Shown here: one piece after another, positions 63,361 through 64,000 of the stretch
How the letters are laid out: each line of letters starts with the position of its first letter
How positions within the stretch are numbered: the stretch's first letter is position 1
NCBI GenBank assembly: GCA_951406725.2
Contig: OX597826.1
Location: 49,352,001 to 49,416,000 of the forward strand
Direction: 5' to 3'
Source: Octopus vulgaris
Taxonomy: Eukaryota
Length of the DNA stretch: 64,000 nt
Notes under the pieces: model-generated
The model's database searches: none
Seen by the model: the letters and a program-made list of their open reading frames with translations, nothing else
What the model was told of the DNA's origin: nothing
Program-made: the position numbers and the translations under genes

Positions 63361-63737
63361 CATCAAGGTCACCAGCTCATATCCACACGCACACACACGC
63401 TCTCACATACACAAGCACTCGCACCTTCGTTTTTCGGATCACCACTCCTTTATTATCTCCCCCTCTTCCTAGCTCTCCTGTCTGACCACGTCTGCCCGGC
63501 CATCGCTCAGTCAAGTTCCAGATCATCTTTGCAGTTTCAGCTGGTTATACTCGAGACTGCTCAATTTTTTGCCAGCCCCAAGGAAAAAAAATGGAGAAAT
63601 GGTGCAGAAATACAAATGCAAACAACAGGACATTAACAACAGGTGTCTTTCGACTAAGGACGAATTAAATAATTAAGCTGGTGTGTGTGAGGGACATAAG
63701 TGATGACAGGCATGGGAAGGAATATAGATGTTACACG

Positions 63738-63807
<70 letters not shown>

Positions 63808-64000
63808 CGTGTGTGTGTCTTTGTGTCTTTGTCCCCCGCCACTGCTTTACAACTGGTGTTGACGTGTTTATGTAACCGTAACTTAGTGGTTCGGCAAAGA
63901 AACCGATAGAATAAGTAACAGGCTTTAAAAGAAATGAAGTACTGGGGTTGATGCACTCTTCAATGCGGTGCCTCAGTATGGTCGCAGTCTAATAAGCTTA

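Overview
Eukaryotic, AT-rich, microsatellite-dense genomic DNA; the SINE families and (TA)n/(CA)n load resemble Octopus/coleoid cephalopod DNA (inference). The only intact protein-coding gene is the 3' part of a + strand SoxD (Sox5/6/13-type HMG-box) gene. Six exons join in frame by GT-AG phase matching (20128-20813, 21751-21955, 22935-23105, 23717-23822, 24024-24157, 28484-28725), with a candidate 75-nt cassette exon (25528-25602) and a probable long 3' UTR to about 36.7 kb. The 5' exons were not found in the window. The rest is tRNA-derived SINEs, fragments of CR1, RTE, R4/Dong-like and Penelope-like retroelements, piggyBac-type MITEs, a non-autonomous Helitron and simple repeats. The most unusual signal is a set of about ten type-I hammerhead-ribozyme-like motifs from several sequence families. 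Many have palindromic stem III and non-canonical cores (CCGACGA, CUGUCGA, and a G3-C8 swapped GUGAACA next to a Penelope GIY-YIG ORF end). They are often arranged as back-to-back fold-backs, and several lie on the sense strand of SoxD introns. All folds were assigned by eye and none is shown to cleave.
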